Assembly: GCA_030141605.1 (NCBI GenBank)
Contig: JAQGDQ010001178.1
Coordinates: forward strand, 1 to 57,202
Length of the DNA stretch: 57,202 nt
Direction of reading: 5' to 3'
Source: Tubiluchus corallicola
Taxonomy: Eukaryota > Animalia > Priapulida
Shown here in pieces: positions 26,101 to 38,100 of this stretch. Every line of letters starts with the position of its first letter. Within the stretch, counting starts at the first letter, position 1. The position numbers were made by a program, and so were the translations under genes. Below the pieces are notes generated by a model, which saw only the letters and a list, made by a program, of their open reading frames with translations, was not told the origin of the DNA and ran no database searches.

Positions 26101-29100
26101 GTCGCAACCGAAAAGGGACCACGGATCGCGCCCCGTGCTGGGGCAGCTTCCCAACGATTTCACAAATCGCGCGACGGACAAGCGGAGGATGGGAAAATCG
26201 CTTGCGGAGCAACAGCAAGGTATGCTTTTGTACTGATTAATTAATTGACTTTGGGAAATTTCAGGTTCGGAGTTAAAAATTAATCTAATTACTTAGGATC
26301 GTTGTGGATGGCTCAGCAATCTGACATTGAAATCGCTGAATTGGTTGGTCAGCTGTGTTAGGGATGAACTATGGACCGTCACGATCTCTGGAGAACGTGG
26401 TAGTCTGGCGGTCATGACGTGTAACCTTGTACGCAGAAGGTCGTGGTTCAAATCCAGGCTGTGTTCCAACTTTTCCTGTTTTTCAAGTTTCAAATTAATC
26501 ACGGGTTTGTGTCCGACGTGCCAATGCTTGTCTGACGAATTGGGTCGGCCGCAAAAAAACGTTTCTGTCGTTCCTGATGAGCTCAAGAGATGGCAGTAGG
26601 GAGGGCGGAAATTTTTTGGTGAATGTTTAAAGCTGAGTCGTGGAATATTTAAAATCAATTGAAATTAGGGGTGAACATCGAACGCTCGAATTCGATGCGA
26701 ACGAGTTTTTTTAGTTCGAACTCGATTCGAATCCAAAACTATAAATAGATTCGAATAATTCAGCACTTCAATCACACATGTTCTTTATCACTAAAACGAT
26801 TGAAACATCATGCAATTAGCATAATTTAGCTGTGATTTCTGCGCAAAATTTTAAACAAATTACTAGTCGTTTCATTGCAGAACAAAATCTAATGATATGC
26901 ATGATCTTTGTAAGACTAATTTTTACTGGTGGTTCGAAAACTTGTTCGAAAATCTTTCAATCTCAATTCGAATTCGGTTCGAATTTGAAACACTGAAGTT
27001 CGGTTCGATTCGAATCCGCTTTCCGGTAGAGAATGCTCACCCTTAGTTGAAATTAAACTTTGTTTATTTCCCGCTGGTTAGCAGTAACGTTTTAAATTTT
27101 TCAACGGGGAGGGATTTTTTTAAGCCCTTTGTGAACGTTTAAAGCGGAATAGTTTAAGTGTTTTCACTGCACATTTGTTCACGCTTGGGTTTTTAAGTTT
27201 CTGGTTTCGTATTGCTAAATTATTGCGTGATTATCGATTATCGTACAGCCTCTTTTTTGTACAGTATGAACGTATGTTCTGGAAGTAATGGTCTAAGTTA
27301 GGGGTGTGCAAATTATCTGACTAGCCGGGCCACATTAAACTTTCCCACAATTCCTACGGGCCACTGGCAGTTTGATCAAGGAGCCAAGTACAGAAAGGCT
27401 TAATAACGATTTTTTTTGCATCCGACCTGCGTACATCATTACCACTACACTCAAGAAACTATTTTAGAAGTTATTAAAATTTATATTACAAACCATATAT
27501 TTCTACTTTCAGGACAGATAGTGGTAATTTCATTACAATGCATATTAGTAATGTGTATCACACAGTCTGAGTAGTACAGTGACATTAAGCTACAACCGTC
27601 TTGTAAAGGTTAATGGCATCCAATCTAGTAGAAAAAACTACCTGCACTATCTTTGGGATCGTGGCACGGACTTCAGCTGGATACACTCAATTAATCGCCC
27701 GGGTCGCACTTTCACTAGGTTGACAAATCTCTTTGCGGGCCGCAATTTGCACACCCCTGCATTAGTCGTTGCTGTAATTGGTCGAATGGTGTGTGTGTTT
27801 TTTCAGAGTATGGAATAAGTTTTGAACCAGATCCCGATGCCTTGGCGAGCATCGTCGACCACACTGGAGTCGTAGGCGCAGTAAAGAAACATCTTCCCGG
27901 AAATCGACAAACGTTTGCTGCCGGAAAGAAATCTATTGTGAGGATAAATTTTTTTTATTTTTGTCTGCAAATGTTTCTCCGAATACTTGGGTTGCAAGTA
28001 GTTGTTTTGTACTTGTTTTTCCTTCTTCACTTTGTTAGTACATGTTCTCGTACTTTGTTTGTCTTGTTTTGTACTTGTATTTCGTTTTTCAGTTTATCAG
28101 TACATGTACTTGTACTTTGCTTGTTGTGTACTTGTATTTTGTGCCTCAGTTTATCAGTACATGTACTTGTACTTTGCTTGTTGTGTACTTGTATTTTGTG
28201 CCTAAGTTTATCAGTACATGTACTTGTACTTTGCTTGTTTTGTGCTTGTGTTTAGTTTTTCAGTTTATCAGTACATGTACTTGTACTTTGCTTGTTTTGT
28301 ACTTGTATTTTGTGCCTCAGTTTATCAGTACATGTGCTTGTACTTTGTTTGTTTTGTTTTGTACTTGTTTTTCCTTCTTTAGTTTGTTAGTACATGTTCT
28401 CGTACTTTGTTTGTCTTGTTTTGTACTTGTATTTCGTTTTTCAGTTTATCAGTACATGTACTTGTACTTTGCTTGTTTTGTACTTGTATTTTGTGCCTCA
28501 GTTTATCAGTACATGTACTTGTACTTTGCTTGTTGTGTACTTGTATTTTGTGCCTAAGTTTATCAGTACATGTACTTGTACTTTGCTTGTTTTGTGCTTG
28601 TGTTTAGTTTTTCAGTTTATCAGTACATGTACTTGTACTTTGCTTGTTTTGTACTTGTATTTTGTGCCTCAGTTTATCAGTACATGTGCTTGTACTTTGT
28701 TTGTTTTGTTTTGTACTTGTTTTTCCTTCTTTAGTTTGTTAGTACATGTTCTCGTACTTTGTTTGTCTTGTTTTGTACTTGTATTTCGTTTTTCAGTTTA
28801 TCAGTACATGTACTTGTACTTTGCTTGTTGTGTACTTGTGTTTAGTTTTTCAGTTTATCAGTACATGTACTTGTACTTTGCTTGTTGTGTACTTGTATTT
28901 TGTGCCTCAGTTTATCAGTACATGTACTTGTACTTTGCTTGTTTTGTGCTTGTGTTTAGTTTTTCAGTTTATCAGTACATGTACTTGTACTTTGCTTGTT
29001 TTGTACTTGTATTTTGTGCCTCAGTTTATCAGTACATGTTCTCGTACTTTGTTTGTCTTGTTTTGTACTTGTATTTCGTTTTTCAGTTTATCAGTACATG

Positions 29101-32100
29101 TACTTGTACTTTGTTTGTCTTGTTTTGTGCTTGTGTTTAGTTTTTCAGTTTATGAGTACATGTACTTGTACTTTGCTTGTTGTGTACTTGTATTTTGTGC
29201 CTAAGTTTATCAGTACATGTACTTGTACTTTGCTTGTTTTGTACTTGTATTTCGTTTTTCAGTTTATCAGTACATCTACTTGTACTTTGCTTGTTGTGTA
29301 CTTGTATTTTGTGCCTCAGTTTATCAGTACATGTACTTGTACTTTGCTTGTTTTGTACTTGTATTTCGTTTTTCAGTTTATCAGTACATCTACTTGTACT
29401 TTGCTTGTTGTGTACTTGTATTTTGTGCCTCAGTTTATCAGTACATGTACTTGTACTTTGCTTGTTGTGTACTTGTATTTTGTGCCTCAGTTTATCAGTA
29501 CATGTACTTGTACTTTGCTTGTTTTGTGCTTGTGTTTAGTTTTTCAGTTTATCAGTACATGTACTTGTACTTTGCTTGTTTTGTACGTTAATACATACAT
29601 GTCTGTGCGAATGTAGAAATTTTGTTTCCATAAAAATTTTGGCATTAAGCAAGGCTGGTGTTAGAATGAGTTTTGACTGGTTGTTTTATGAACTTCTGAG
29701 ATTCCTTTTCGAACACCTAAAGTTTTTGTTTTCTTATTTCTTATTTATTTTTTGCTTTAAGGTTCAAAGCAATACGACCGTCAACAACCGTTATACATCG
29801 TACCAGAACCGAATGAATTGCGATCGTACAGAGTCGAAACAAATAGGTATTTTCACAATTAGTTTGTGCTTTACAATGGCTTGTCTTAATTTTGTTTCAC
29901 TGAGTTCAGCAGGGCCGTCTTAGCAGCATTGCAGACCCCCAGGTTGGGCCATCTTAGCAGCATTATTGGCCCCAGGTTGGGCCATCTTAACAGCATTATT
30001 GGCCCCAGGTTGGGCCATCTTAACAGCATTATAGGCCCCCAGGTTGGGCCATCTTAACAGCATTATAGGCCCCCAGGTCGGGTCGTCTTAACAGCATTAT
30101 TGGCCCCAGGTTGGGCCATCTTAACAGCATTATAGGCCCCCAGGTTGGGCCATCTTAACAGCATTATAGGCCCCCAGGTCGGGTCGTCTTAACAGCATTA
30201 TTGGCCCCAGGTTGGGCCATCTTAACAGCATTATAGGGCCCCAGGTTGGGCCATCTTAACAGCATTATTGGCCCCCAGGTCGGGTCGTCTTAACAGCATT
30301 ATTGGCCCCAGGTTGGGCCATCTTAACAGCATTATTGGCCCCAGGTCGGGTCGTCTGTGCATAGAGTGATTTACTAGCAGGATCTTTCTTGGGAACAAGA
30401 AAAAATGAACTAGGTAAGGTTCTAGCTAGCTGTTAAAACTGTTACTATTACAATAGCATGGGTTGCGAGGTGTTGTCAAGTGTACACAAATGCGTGGTCT
30501 GGTACACTTAACCTTTGACCTTTCCACGATCATCATCAATCGTTGAAACTGTGAAAAGGTTTATCGCAGTTACAGAGCAAAATAGTTTTCAGAATGAATT
30601 AGCTATACAGTGCTGCTTTTTTGTTACATGCACTAGAGTCATTTATTTACAATTTTTTTGTTTATTTACAGATGGTGATGTACGCAAAGTCAGGCAAACA
30701 CATAAACAACAAGCTAAACCTGCGACACGGTAGTGCAGTTACACACTTGCGTTGTTTTTTTAACTCGCCTCTAGATGGCGGTCAAGTACGACTGCAAGTA
30801 GTGCAGTTACACACTTGCGTTGTTTTTTTAACTCGCCTCTAGATGGCGGTCAAGTACGACTGCAAGTAGTGCAGTTACACACTTGCGTTGTTTTTTTAAC
30901 TCGCCTCTAGATGGCGGTCAAGTACGACTGCAAGTAGTGCAGTTACACACTTGCGTTGTTTTTTTAACTCGCACCTAGATGGCAGTCAAGTAATTTTCGT
31001 TCAACAGAATAATAGTCAAGATTGCAGATTTTGCTTAAATGTAAATATGTGTTCAACAGATTAATAGTCAAGATTGCAGATTTTGCTTAAATGTAAACAT
31101 GTGTTCTGCATAAGTTTGGTGTGATATTAAAGTAACTTTTTGTCTTTCAGCGCTTACACGCCGACAAAAAACAGGACTGTGCACCCCGCCCACCTCTCCG
31201 GACGTTGCTCCCTGTACGACGCCGAAGTAAGCAACGTGTTCTCCACCAGGAAGCCAGGCGGTGCGTATTCTTCGGTCAAGTCGCCCGGACGTATCGTCAC
31301 CGGAACTTACGGTGCCGTCAGGTCGCCCGCTTTTGGCACGGTGAGCAGTTAAAGATTCGAAACGGCCGTTGTCGCGGAGAAAGCTTGATTTGGGGACGAA
31401 TTTTTATGTAGATAGCGTCCGGGGATGTTGCAGACTTCGTTTCGGTTTGTCGATAATTGCACATTCGGTTCGGTTGTTTATCCGTCTTACCTTTTTTCTC
31501 TTACGTGTTGAAAATCGCTAACGATTCCGACGGCGCCATTACATGACGTCATATTCGCACAACATAAATCGAGGGAAGAAAAGGAAATGTCAAATTACGA
31601 CCCAAAACACTTTCCATAAAAATCTATATTACTTAGCATTTCACTTACCTGCATAAGAAAGACTTATGTAACTAGAAATAATGTTTTAAAATGTTTTCAC
31701 CAATTGGTAAAATGTTGCTGACTCACCCTCCAGGGTGCGCCACTCACTAACCAAAAACGTATTTTTAATCTTATTAACAAGTTAAGGTATTTTAAAATTT
31801 TACTTAGTTAGTGACGCGTCAGCGCTACGAATGCTCTGATTATTTTTTCAAACTTTACTCAGTGTTACCTAAACTATGTTACGTCGAAATGTGCCGATTA
31901 CACGTTTGCACTGAATTACTAAACTTCTGTTTCCACGTAGGCTCAAAGGTTACCGCGGAAGTCTCCGAAATCCACTGGGCGGAAAAGCTCCGCCAGCTCG
32001 AATGCGGAAAACATGGAACCAAGCAAGGTATTTTGATTTTTTGACATGCTATGAATTAGGGATGCACGGATTACAGATTTTCATTGACATAGACATAGAC

Positions 32101-35100
32101 ATAGAACATTTATTTTCTCCAATTAGTTTGACATGAAAAGTTTTTAAATATTACACAGAGCAGGGCAGGTGAAGGACCATAGGGTCATCTAGTCTCCTGC
32201 CCTTTCTTGTAAATAAATTAGTATATTAAAAATAAATGGTGATGCTGCAGATAACAAAAACAAAAACAAATAAGAAAAATAATAATAATAAAAACAGAAT
32301 AAATCATACAACTTATCAAAAAAGAACTGAAAACAAAAAAATAATAAAGTTAGCTACCTAAAGGTAAACAAAACAATACAATTATTCAGTAATAATGATT
32401 ATTATATGTAGTAGTTTCAAATGAGGTCTTATTAACCGAAATCCAAAGCCGAATTTTTTTATGCTTGGGTGGCCACCAAGATGATGCTTGGCCGAATGAT
32501 GGTTAATGCTGTAGCCAAACTGAATTTTTTACCGAAATTGAACCGTATCTACACTTCCAATTGAAAGGAATCATAAGCACTATAACGTTTGTCGTGTGAT
32601 TTTTTTTCTGCTCTGTGTTTTGTAGCGGCCGGCTGGCGGAACGTTGAAAAACGTGGAAACGGTCGAGGATCGTTACGCTCGTTATCGTGAAAGAATGAGG
32701 CTGGATTATGCAGAGGTCAACGAAGAAGGTAAGCTGCTATCTGTTGACCAGTCAATCTTTGCAGTGCTGCGGCTTCTACTCTAAGCGTTCTGTAATGATA
32801 TGAGCTTGTAAATGACTTAGTTAGTTCGTTTGTTAGTCAGTCAATCAGTCAGTTAGTCGGTTTGTTTGTTTGTTTGTTTTTAGTTGGCTAATTTGCTGGT
32901 TGGTTGGTTGGTAGGCTGTATGGCTGCCTAGCTGGTTGGTTGGTTGGTTGATTAGTTAATTATTGACTTAGTTAGTTAGTTAATTATTTAGTTAGTTGGT
33001 TTGGCTAGTTAGTTAGTTAGCTAGTTGGTTTGTTAGTTAGTTAGTTAGTTGGTTAGTTAGTTGTTTGGTTAGTTAGTTAGCTGGTTGGTTTGTTATTTAA
33101 TTATTTAGTTAGTTGGTTGCTTGTTTAGTTGGTTTGGCTAGTTAGTTAGTTAATTAGTTAGTTAGTTAATTAGTTAGTTAGTTAATTAGTTAGTTGGTTA
33201 GTTAGTTAGTTGGTTAGCTAGTCAGTTGGTTTGTTAGTTAGGAGGTTGGTTTGTTAGTTAGGTGGTTGGCTAGTTAGTTGTTTGGTTAGTTAGTTAGCTA
33301 GTTGATTTGTTAGTTAATTATTTAGTTAGCTGGTTACTTGTTTAGTTGGTTTGGCTAGTTAATTAGTTAGTTGTTTGGTTAGTTAGTTAGTTGTTTGGTT
33401 AGTTAGTTGGTTGTTTGGTTAGTTAGTTAGCTGGTTGGTTTGTTAGTTAGTTGTTTGGTTAGTTACTTTCTTCTTCGTTTAATTATTAATTAGCTGTTAG
33501 CTAGTTATTGGTTTGTTAGTTATGTAGGTAGGTAGGTAGTTAACCTGCTAACTAGTCATTTAGTCTGTTTAGTCAGTAGCCAATCAGTCGGTCAGCTAGT
33601 CAAACAGCAGTTAGTCATTTAGTCATTAGTGAGTTCTCTGTTAGTGACTTCGGGCAACCATTTTCAAAACTTATAATACCAGATATTGGTTTTAAGCGAT
33701 GTGTCAGTGACCGTGACCTTGAACAGTTTAAAGGTCAAATGCATCAAAAGACTTAGTGCATAAGTCTGCAGAGCGGCTTGGAGGAACAGCCAAGATGTCA
33801 TGGCAGGAAAAGTCTTTGTGCTGTATGATGCATGACCAACCTGCTTGTTTGATGGTTCGCATCCTTCTGTCTCGGAAGACAATGGAGTGTGCACCAAGAG
33901 AGTCAGTTATTGATCACATTGATGGAGCTGCAGCGTCGACTGTGGCTGAGCAATCCGATCCTTGAACACTGGAGTGGCCTCTCCAGGGCGCACGCCTGGG
34001 CAAGGCGTATGGAGATCCTGAGTTGCGCTGAACAGGAACCCCCTCTCTTCCTCGCTGATGTAGTCCAAAGGAAAGCGGAGCGATACGTTTGGCACCAGGT
34101 TGGCTGCAGGAGCTGCCGGAGTCAGTGAGCATGCTCCACTGGTCCGCCCTCGGAGCTCCACTCCTGATCTGGAAGGTTTACTCCTCTACACATGGCCGTT
34201 GGGTCACTTGACCTCCTCCGCCCTCTAGCCGTTGGCTGCTAGTGCAGCTCCTCCTAGTGTCGAGATATAGCGTGGGCATCCCGCAAGCCTACAGCACCTG
34301 GTATTCCTAGGCGGTCACCCATCCAAGTACTAACCAGGCTCTAAGTTGCTTAACTTCGGTGATCAGATGCGACCCGGTGTTTTCAACGTGATTTGGCTGT
34401 AGTCAACTGATAACAGAGATATACATTTTTTGATAGTTTAGACGTATTCAGTGCAAACGCTTTAGTCTGATATTTTTGTTATAGATGGCAGCAGTGGCAA
34501 TGATCGCGCTATAACAAATGGGTTTCGAGAATCTGTGTACGGAGGGAAGCCATTACGGACGACGTCGGAAACAAATAAAAATTACAGGTATTCAAAAGCA
34601 GTTAAATGAATAAGCCTTTTCACAGTTCCAGCGATTGATGATGACCATGAAAGGTCAAAGGTTAAGTGTACCAGACAACACAACTTGACAACTCCTCACA
34701 GCACATGCTGTTGTAATGGTAACAGTTTTAACCTACAACCTTCCCGTTCATTTTTTCTCGTTCCCGACAAGATCCTGCTAGTAAATCACTCTCCGCACTG
34801 ACTAATGCATAAGTAAGTTTGCACCGCAGACTGGTGCATAATCACTCTACGTGCAGACTGGTGCATAATTAAGTTTGCGTAAAACAACTGAAGTTACTGA
34901 ACTGATGCAGCAGATGGCTTTGACACTTAACCTTTGACTTGCAGCAGCTGCGCACAAAGAAACTGAAATGTCTTATCCTTCATAAGTATCGAATAGTCAC
35001 TGCACTACGTGTAGTTTGCACAGTACAATGTAAGCCAACTTACGTGTCGTGTTTGCTGTTTGAATCGGATTTGGCGTTTGTTGATTGAATATGTCGTGTG

Positions 35101-38100
35101 TTTTTTGTGTGTAGAAGTTTAATAGTGGCAAGAATAGCATAATTGAGTTTTCATTTACCTGTAGTATGATGCGGCAGACGGCTTTGTTTTACCCACATGT
35201 CACGTTACCCATATAGTCATTAATATTAATCATTGTAAAATGAAACACGTTTGTACGTTGCAGGGAGCGTGTACCATCAGCAGCAGACTATCCCACTTGC
35301 CTGTCTGGACGCTGGTCAATATATGATGCCGAAGTTAGCAATGTTTTTTCTACGAAAAAATCCGGATTGCACCCGTCCCGGAAAACGCCGACTAAGTCCC
35401 CTCGTGGTGTTGGTTTCGGAACCGTACGTCCATATTAACATATATATATATATCACATATATTACATATATCACATATATTACATATATCACATATATCA
35501 CACATATATACGCTATATATATATATCATATATATATATATCACAGTTATCAATGTATATATATTGATTATTGACCATATATTTTTTCGTAAATAATCAG
35601 TGTATGTGAAATTATTTTCTGTAAGAGAAATTTCATCAGTACAAAACACGTGTAAGTTTATCAAAGTATCCGAATTTTACTAAATAGCGTAATATATAAC
35701 GTACTTTCGCAATTGTTACATGCGCTGTAGACAGACAGTGAACATATTTACTTAATAATACGAGCGAAAATAAATAACGCAATATTTCGACTAAGGGTGA
35801 GAAAAATGGTAAGAATAACAAAAACAGCCGTGATTGTAGCGTTAGTAAGTTTCAGACACTTTTAACACTTCACGAACTTCACAGCAAACCGATTTCGATT
35901 AGCCTAGGCTCTGCAGGAAAAATTAGCTCCGGTATAGTACAATAACGTTGGCAAAGACAGTTTACTTTACTAGCAGATAGGGGGCGTACGAAAAGCACGT
36001 GATTTTCGTCTTGATACGCCTGCGTTAATGAAATTCAGTCTGCGAATTCTTCGTACAGTGTCGAAGGTGACATCACGAGGTTTGGATGACCTCGTGTTAT
36101 GAGTTAACTTGCTCTTTTCAATCCTAATCGTGTTTTTTAGGCTCAGAGGGTACGCAGGCAGTCGCCGCCGAAGTCGTGCGGTCAAGAACTGGTCAGCAAA
36201 ACCCTTTCCAAACCAACAAGTGAAACGGTAAGTTTGAGTTATAATTCAAATTATATTCTACCTGTTACAGCTTATAATCAGGAAGCTTTCTTAACTAGGC
36301 GACATTCATGAAAGACAGAGTGTTTACAGAGTGACTGCCCGAGACTTACTGCCTTTGTGTGTCAGCTTTTTCATTACCTTTTTTACCAGCAAAATGTTTC
36401 ACTGAATCAGGAAGCTTTTCCAATTAGCCAAACTTTGAAGCAGTTTAGAGTCTGCTTCACCAGAGACAGAGTGTTTACAGAGTGACTGCCCGAGAGTTAC
36501 TGCCTCTGTGTCAGCTTTTTCATTACCTTTTTTACCAGCAAAACGCTTCACTGAATCAGGAAGCTTTTCCAATTAGCCAAACTTTGAAGCAGTTTAGAGG
36601 CTGCTTCACATGAGACAGAGTGCATGAAAGACAAAGTGTTTACAGACTGACTGCCCCAAAAGTTACTCCCTCTAAGTCAGCTTTTTCATTACCTTTTTAA
36701 CAGCAAAATATTTCACTGAATCAGGAAGCATTTATAACTAGGTGACATTCATGAAGTAACACTTGGTACAAGCAATTACTAAGTCAATGTCCTAGTAGTG
36801 ATAGTTTGTACAAAACAAGAAGCAGTAAATACTTCAGAGAAGAAAAACAGAGAAATCAATAACCCTATAATGTCTCACTTTGACTTGTTGTAGACTGATG
36901 CCATAGCAACCAGATTAGATTTTATGAAATCGGATAAATGGGAGGCTGAAGAGTCGGCAGACATCAGCGTCGCAAGTTTGGATCTGAACACGACCGTTGG
37001 GCAGGAGGTCCTGAATACGACGGCTGGACAAGAACTTTTGGTAAGGCTTCAATGCTTGTTGTGAAGCCAGACGAGTCTGCAGTTATGACTGTTGAAGAAA
37101 AATGGGCTTCTTTCTGACTTTGCGCATTCCTAGATGTAACCGTTTCTAAATCCAAGATTTTCGCCGTACCGTTTGTCTGTGGAATTGTTTATAACAAAAC
37201 TACACTCGTATATCGGTTTGCCGGACAAAAGCGGAGAGACCTCTGTCCATATTTGCCGACTGTCCGTATTTCCCGTTACTAAGCTGTCATTAGACACCGT
37301 GCATTAGGCTCAAAATGGAGTAGTATATTTTTCATATACTACCCTATTTTCAAGTCCGATAAAAAGTTTACATTTTAATACAGTTAATGCTGCAAAAGCG
37401 TTTCTGATAATTAAATAATAGATTAAAAACTTAATTATCGGCGGGCGAGCCCAAGTATTGATGACATCACAAACTAACATAATTTTCAGCAGTAAAAATA
37501 TTCCACGAGCGTGTTGCACGTGTTTGCGAAAGAGAAAATTGAAGTACAGTGCTACTGTAAGATATTCAGTGTGCTGTACTAAAACTAGGCAAGTTTTGAG
37601 ATAAAAATTGAAATTTTAAATTTACCGCTGTGCTCATGAGCTGTCGAAGGTCAGAAACTAACACATCTGAACTGAGAGGTACAGCACCTGTTTTTTGCGC
37701 AACTACAGGCGCTAGTGCCCGTCTAACTAGCGAATGGCGAAATGCATGTAACAGCGAAGAACTAGTGGCGCGAACGTGAAATCGTGCTTGTGCGGTAATG
37801 ATAAAATAGTATCCCTTTCAATGTTTTAAAGAGTAGATTGTTTTGACCTACAGTTTAAGATTGGGTCTGGTTTTGATTTAAACTGAAGATTAAAGTATTT
37901 TGATCGAGAAAAGTGCATTTCCAAAAATGCTACAACAAGAAGAAAAAACTAGATAAATATTAATAATAATAATAATAATAATAACAATAATAATAATAAC
38001 AACAACAACAACAACCAGCAACAGCAACAACGAAAACAACAACACCAGCAACAACTACAACAACAGCAGCAGCAGCAACAACAACAATAGCAGCAGCAAC

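Noticed and set aside
26392-26465. Functional tRNA gene (also 7276-7348 and 45735-45795)
   Set aside because: Only A/B-box remnants; stems do not pair.
28002-29616. Long hydrophobic Cys-rich ORFs
   Set aside because: Translations of an intronic minisatellite, open in several frames.
34285-34404. Functional 5S rRNA gene
   Set aside because: Isolated, carries substitutions, lacks a terminator and is fused to a dispersed repeat.
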